A DNA stretch of 7,175 bases from Candidatus Iainarchaeum sp. Its GTDB lineage: Archaea > Iainarchaeota > Iainarchaeia > Iainarchaeales > DTGL01. The notes below the pieces were generated by a model, which saw only the letters and a program-made list of their open reading frames with translations, was not told the origin of the DNA and searched no databases. A program made the position numbers and the translations under genes. Location: positions 1 to 7,175 of the forward strand of contig JAVYME010000040.1 of NCBI GenBank assembly GCA_038736825.1. The letters run 5' to 3'. Positions 4,996 through 7,175 of the stretch are shown here, piece after piece (positions within the stretch are counted from its first letter, which is position 1; each line of letters starts with the position of its first letter).

Positions 4996-6699
4996 TTAAC
5001 CCCTTGCTGCCTTTACAAAATGAAGGAAAAGCGGGTCAGGCTTTAAAGGCCTTGAAGTCAGTTCTGGATGGTATTGGGATGCCATGTAAAACTTGTGGTT
5101 TGGGAGTTCCAGTATCTGCATTATGGGCTGGTTTGGCGCCTTTCCAGAGAAAACCATTCCCTTTTTCTCCAAGCATTCAATGTATTTTGGGTTTAATTCC
5201 CAGCGGTGCCTGAACCGCCTCCTTATGGTTTTCTGCTTTCCATGTATTTTGTGCGCTATAGTGCCAGGCTTTAATTCCACTTCTTGGCCTCCCAAGCGCA
5301 TGTTGCCACCCAAGCTTATTATGCCAACTTGTTCTGGCAAGAGATCTATTACTGGCTCGCAACAGCCGGGAATGGTTTCAGTGCTATTTGCTTTTTTTAG
5401 CCCGCAAACATCCCTTGCAAAAGAAATAACCGCCATTTGAAAGCCATAGCAAAGCCCTAAAAACGGAATATTGTTTTGCCTGCAATAACCTGCAACCATT
5501 ATTTTTCCTTCAGCGCCGCGCTTTCCGAATCCGCCTGGAATAATCACTCCATCCAGTTTTTTCAATTCGCTTATTTTTGCCGGATTTTTTTCATATTCTG
5601 TTGTCTCAAGCCATTCCACTTCTATCTTTACGTCAAGAGGGCCTTCACAGTGCTCTAAAGCCTTTAAAATGCTTATGTATGCGTCATGGACTTCAGTGTA
5701 TTTTCCTGCAATGCCAATCCTTATTTTTTTGGCTTTGGCTGAAGCACGGTTTTTTTCAGTCCATTCTTCAAGCTTGCTGCCGTTCACCTTGAATTTTTTG
5801 TTCCATTCCAGTATTTGCAGTATTTTTTCATCAACGCCTCTTTTCCTCAATTCCAGCGGCAATTCATAGATTTTGCCTATGTCCTCCACTCCGATAACCA
5901 GTTCAACCGGCACATTGCTGCTAATGCTTATTTTTTCCCTGATGTTCAAGGGAACAGGGTGATGGGAACGGCAAATTATTATATCCGGCTGTATTCCAAG
6001 GCTTAACAGTCCTTTTATGCCAAGCTGTGCTGCCTTGCTCTTGAACTCTCCAAGGCTTGGCGGCTCAATTATATATGTGAGGTTCAAAAAACAAACATTT
6101 TCCCTTCCCTCTTCAAACTCTAACTGCCTTATTGCCTCCAATGCAAACATGTTTTCGTAATCGCCCACAGTGCCGCCAATTTCAATCACTATTATGTCTG
6201 GCTTTTTCTTGATTGCAAGATCCCTTAAAACCTTTTTTATTTCGCCTGTAACATGCGGAATGAACTGCACATCCCTGCCAAGGTATTCTCCCCTGCGCTC
6301 CTTTTCTATAATGCTTTGATATATTTTCCCGCTTGTGACAAAATTATCCTTGCTCAAGTTTTTGTCCAAAAACCTTTCATAAGAACCCAAATCCATGTCT
6401 GTTTCAGTTCCATCATCCAAAACAAAAACCTCGCCGTGCCTGAAAGGATTGAGCGTGCCAGCATCAACATTCAAATATGCTTCCAGTTTTATTGGCTCCA
6501 CGTTTAAGCCGCGGTCTGCAAAAAGCTTGCAAATAGAGCTTGTCATTGTTCCTTTGCCGAGCCCGCTTATCACTGAACCGGTTATAACCACGTACTTGGT
6601 TCTGCCAGCCTTATAGCCTTTCGGCATAGGCGTATAGAATTCGCCTGTCATTTTGGCTGAAACACTTTTAAGCAGGCTTTTCCCCTTCAATCCAACCAC
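4996..6699 (-). CDS. pyrG: CTP synthase (glutamine-hydrolysing)
   Basis: The protein resembles PyrG along its full length. Synthetase-domain matches are KYVVITGSVISGLGKG, KLEAYLNVDAGTLNPFRHGEVFVLDDGTETDMDLGSYERF and FIPHVTGEIK. The GATase domain carries the nucleophile Cys in FLGLCYGFQ and the His/Glu in QYHPEL. The start is uncertain: GTG 6699 fits a leaderless model, while ATG 6651 and ATG 6627 are also in frame. All three leave more N-terminal residues than canonical PyrG has. Confidence 0.97.
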   Translation of the reverse strand: MVGLKGKSLLKSVSAKMTGEFYTPMPKGYKAGRTKYVVITGSVISGLGKGTMTSSICKLFADRGLNVEPIKLEAYLNVDAGTLNPFRHGEVFVLDDGTETDMDLGSYERFLDKNLSKDNFVTSGKIYQSIIEKERRGEYLGRDVQFIPHVTGEIKKVLRDLAIKKKPDIIVIEIGGTVGDYENMFALEAIRQLEFEEGRENVCFLNLTYIIEPPSLGEFKSKAAQLGIKGLLSLGIQPDIIICRSHHPVPLNIREKISISSNVPVELVIGVEDIGKIYELPLELRKRGVDEKILQILEWNKKFKVNGSKLEEWTEKNRASAKAKKIRIGIAGKYTEVHDAYISILKALEHCEGPLDVKIEVEWLETTEYEKNPAKISELKKLDGVIIPGGFGKRGAEGKIMVAGYCRQNNIPFLGLCYGFQMAVISFARDVCGLKKANSTETIPGCCEPVIDLLPEQVGIISLGGNMRLGGQEVELKPGTIAHKIHGKQKTIRRRFRHRWELNPKYIECLEKKGMVFSGKAPNQPIMQILELPNHKFYMASQYHPELTSRPLKPDPLFLHFVKAARG

Positions 6700-6720
6700 T
6701 AACCAAAATACTGTGCAGGA

Positions 6721-6729
6721 ATTTAAAAA
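6721..6729 (-). promoter_or_regulatory. TATA-like box (TTTTTAAAT on the minus strand) upstream of pyrG
   Basis: The box is centred about 26 nt upstream of the GTG-6699 candidate start and is preceded on the minus strand by the purine-rich GCAAAACC, which is BRE-like. The assignment rests on pattern only. Confidence 0.4.
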
Positions 6730-6737
6730 GGTTTTGC

Positions 6738-6744
6738 AAAAAAA
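6738..6744 (-). terminator. Oligo-T (T7 on the minus strand) immediately downstream of the amidinotransferase-like gene
   Basis: The minus strand reads TGA-GCTTGC-TTTTTTT-GCAAAAC, so the T7 run starts 7 nt after the stop. This terminator and the pyrG promoter together fit into a 51-nt intergenic gap. Confidence 0.4.
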
Positions 6745-6750
6745 GCAAGC

Positions 6751-7175
6751 TCAATAAATTCCAAGCCTTTTCTGGGTTTGCAATGGCGTGTTGATTGTGC
6801 ACCGCGGGCCCCCGCCAGCCATAGCGCTTGCTGTCAAAGCACTGCTTGTTGGAACGACTTTCACGCCTTCTTTTTCAAGCAATCTAATTGTTTTCCTTGC
6901 CTCTCTGTTCACCAGGATTTTTCCTTTTCCAAGGTCTGCAAAGTTTGCTGGATACAAGTGGCGCTCTTTTTTCGGAACAACTATTATTTTGTGCCCTGTG
7001 TGCCTTGCAATTTCTTCAATTAATGCTTTGTTGTCTTTGAAATAAAAAGGGTCAACTAAAAGCAAAGGCATTCCAGGAACACGGTTTATGAAAAGGTCTA
7101 TGTGTGATTCCCTCTCATAAACCCTTCGGACAAGCAATCCGTTCCTGTACCTGAATTTTTCCCTCAAACCATAAG
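6751..7175 (-). CDS. Guanidino-group-modifying enzyme superfamily protein (arginine deiminase/amidinotransferase/DDAH-like), C-terminal part. The CDS continues past the right window edge.
   Basis: The C-terminus ...SSALTASAMAGGGPRCTINTPLQTQKRLGIY carries the superfamily's catalytic-Cys signature (GGG.RC followed by a short tail, as in arginine deiminases). The upstream SHIDLFINRVPGMPLLLVDP resembles the HLD..f...lv.P strand. The reading frame stays open to the window edge, and the track start at 7167 is only an internal TTG. Confidence 0.6.
   Translation of the reverse strand, partial: YGLREKFRYRNGLLVRRVYERESHIDLFINRVPGMPLLLVDPFYFKDNKALIEEIARHTGHKIIVVPKKERHLYPANFADLGKGKILVNREARKTIRLLEKEGVKVVPTSSALTASAMAGGGPRCTINTPLQTQKRLGIY

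Noticed and set aside
5004-6616. Plus-strand ORFs of 60-115 aa inside pyrG. Analogous ORFs occur inside the YbaK-like, PHP, TraB, tRNA-binding, transferase and amidinotransferase genes.
   Set aside because: All lie fully inside well-supported genes on the opposite strand or in another frame. They show no motif-level resemblance to any family I recognise and have no independent promoter or SD signals.
1-7175. A search for CRISPR repeats, tRNA or rRNA genes, transposase or integrase genes, terminal inverted repeats, toxin-antitoxin pairs and defence-island hallmarks.
   Set aside because: None was seen. Every intergenic gap is 115 nt or shorter and is explained by promoter or terminator signals. 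All long ORFs have housekeeping-type family assignments. The XRE HTH gene has no small partner ORF that would suggest a toxin-antitoxin module within the window.

Overview
This 7.2 kb window is densely packed, moderately AT-rich, and looks like an ordinary housekeeping stretch of a small prokaryotic genome. There are eight protein-coding genes, two of them cut by the window edges. I see no rRNA, tRNA, CRISPR array, transposase or integrase, long repeat, or recognisable defence gene.

Gene order:
- (-) N-terminal part of an XRE-type HTH regulator, which runs off the left edge.
- (+) metK, the bacterial/eukaryal-type S-adenosylmethionine synthetase, transcribed divergently from the regulator.
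- (+) an apparent three-gene operon: a compact YbaK/ProX-like aminoacyl-tRNA editing domain, a PHP-family phosphoesterase, and a TraB/PrgY-family protein with a C-terminal membrane domain.
- (-) a convergent three-gene operon: pyrG (CTP synthase), a CDP-alcohol phosphatidyltransferase, and a stand-alone Trbp111/CsaA-like tRNA-binding domain.
- (-) the C-terminal part of a guanidino-group-modifying enzyme (arginine deiminase/amidinotransferase-like), which runs off the right edge.

Host inference: the first gene of each transcription unit has an A/T-rich TATA-like box about 25-30 nt upstream of its first candidate start codon. Internal operon genes instead have GGAGG-like Shine-Dalgarno sequences 6-7 nt upstream. 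Genes end in oligo-T tracts. Together with the gene content, this suggests an archaeal host, possibly DPANN-like. That is inference only.

I did not find a convincing novel system. The observations most worth a second look are:
- the HTH(-CBS?) regulator and 9-bp palindrome divergent from metK, a possible protein-based SAM feedback loop;
- the translationally coupled PHP-TraB pair;
- a CDP-alcohol phosphatidyltransferase whose family signature carries Arg-to-Glu and Asp-to-Glu substitutions and which sits 4 nt downstream of pyrG;
- an N-terminally extended CTP synthase.
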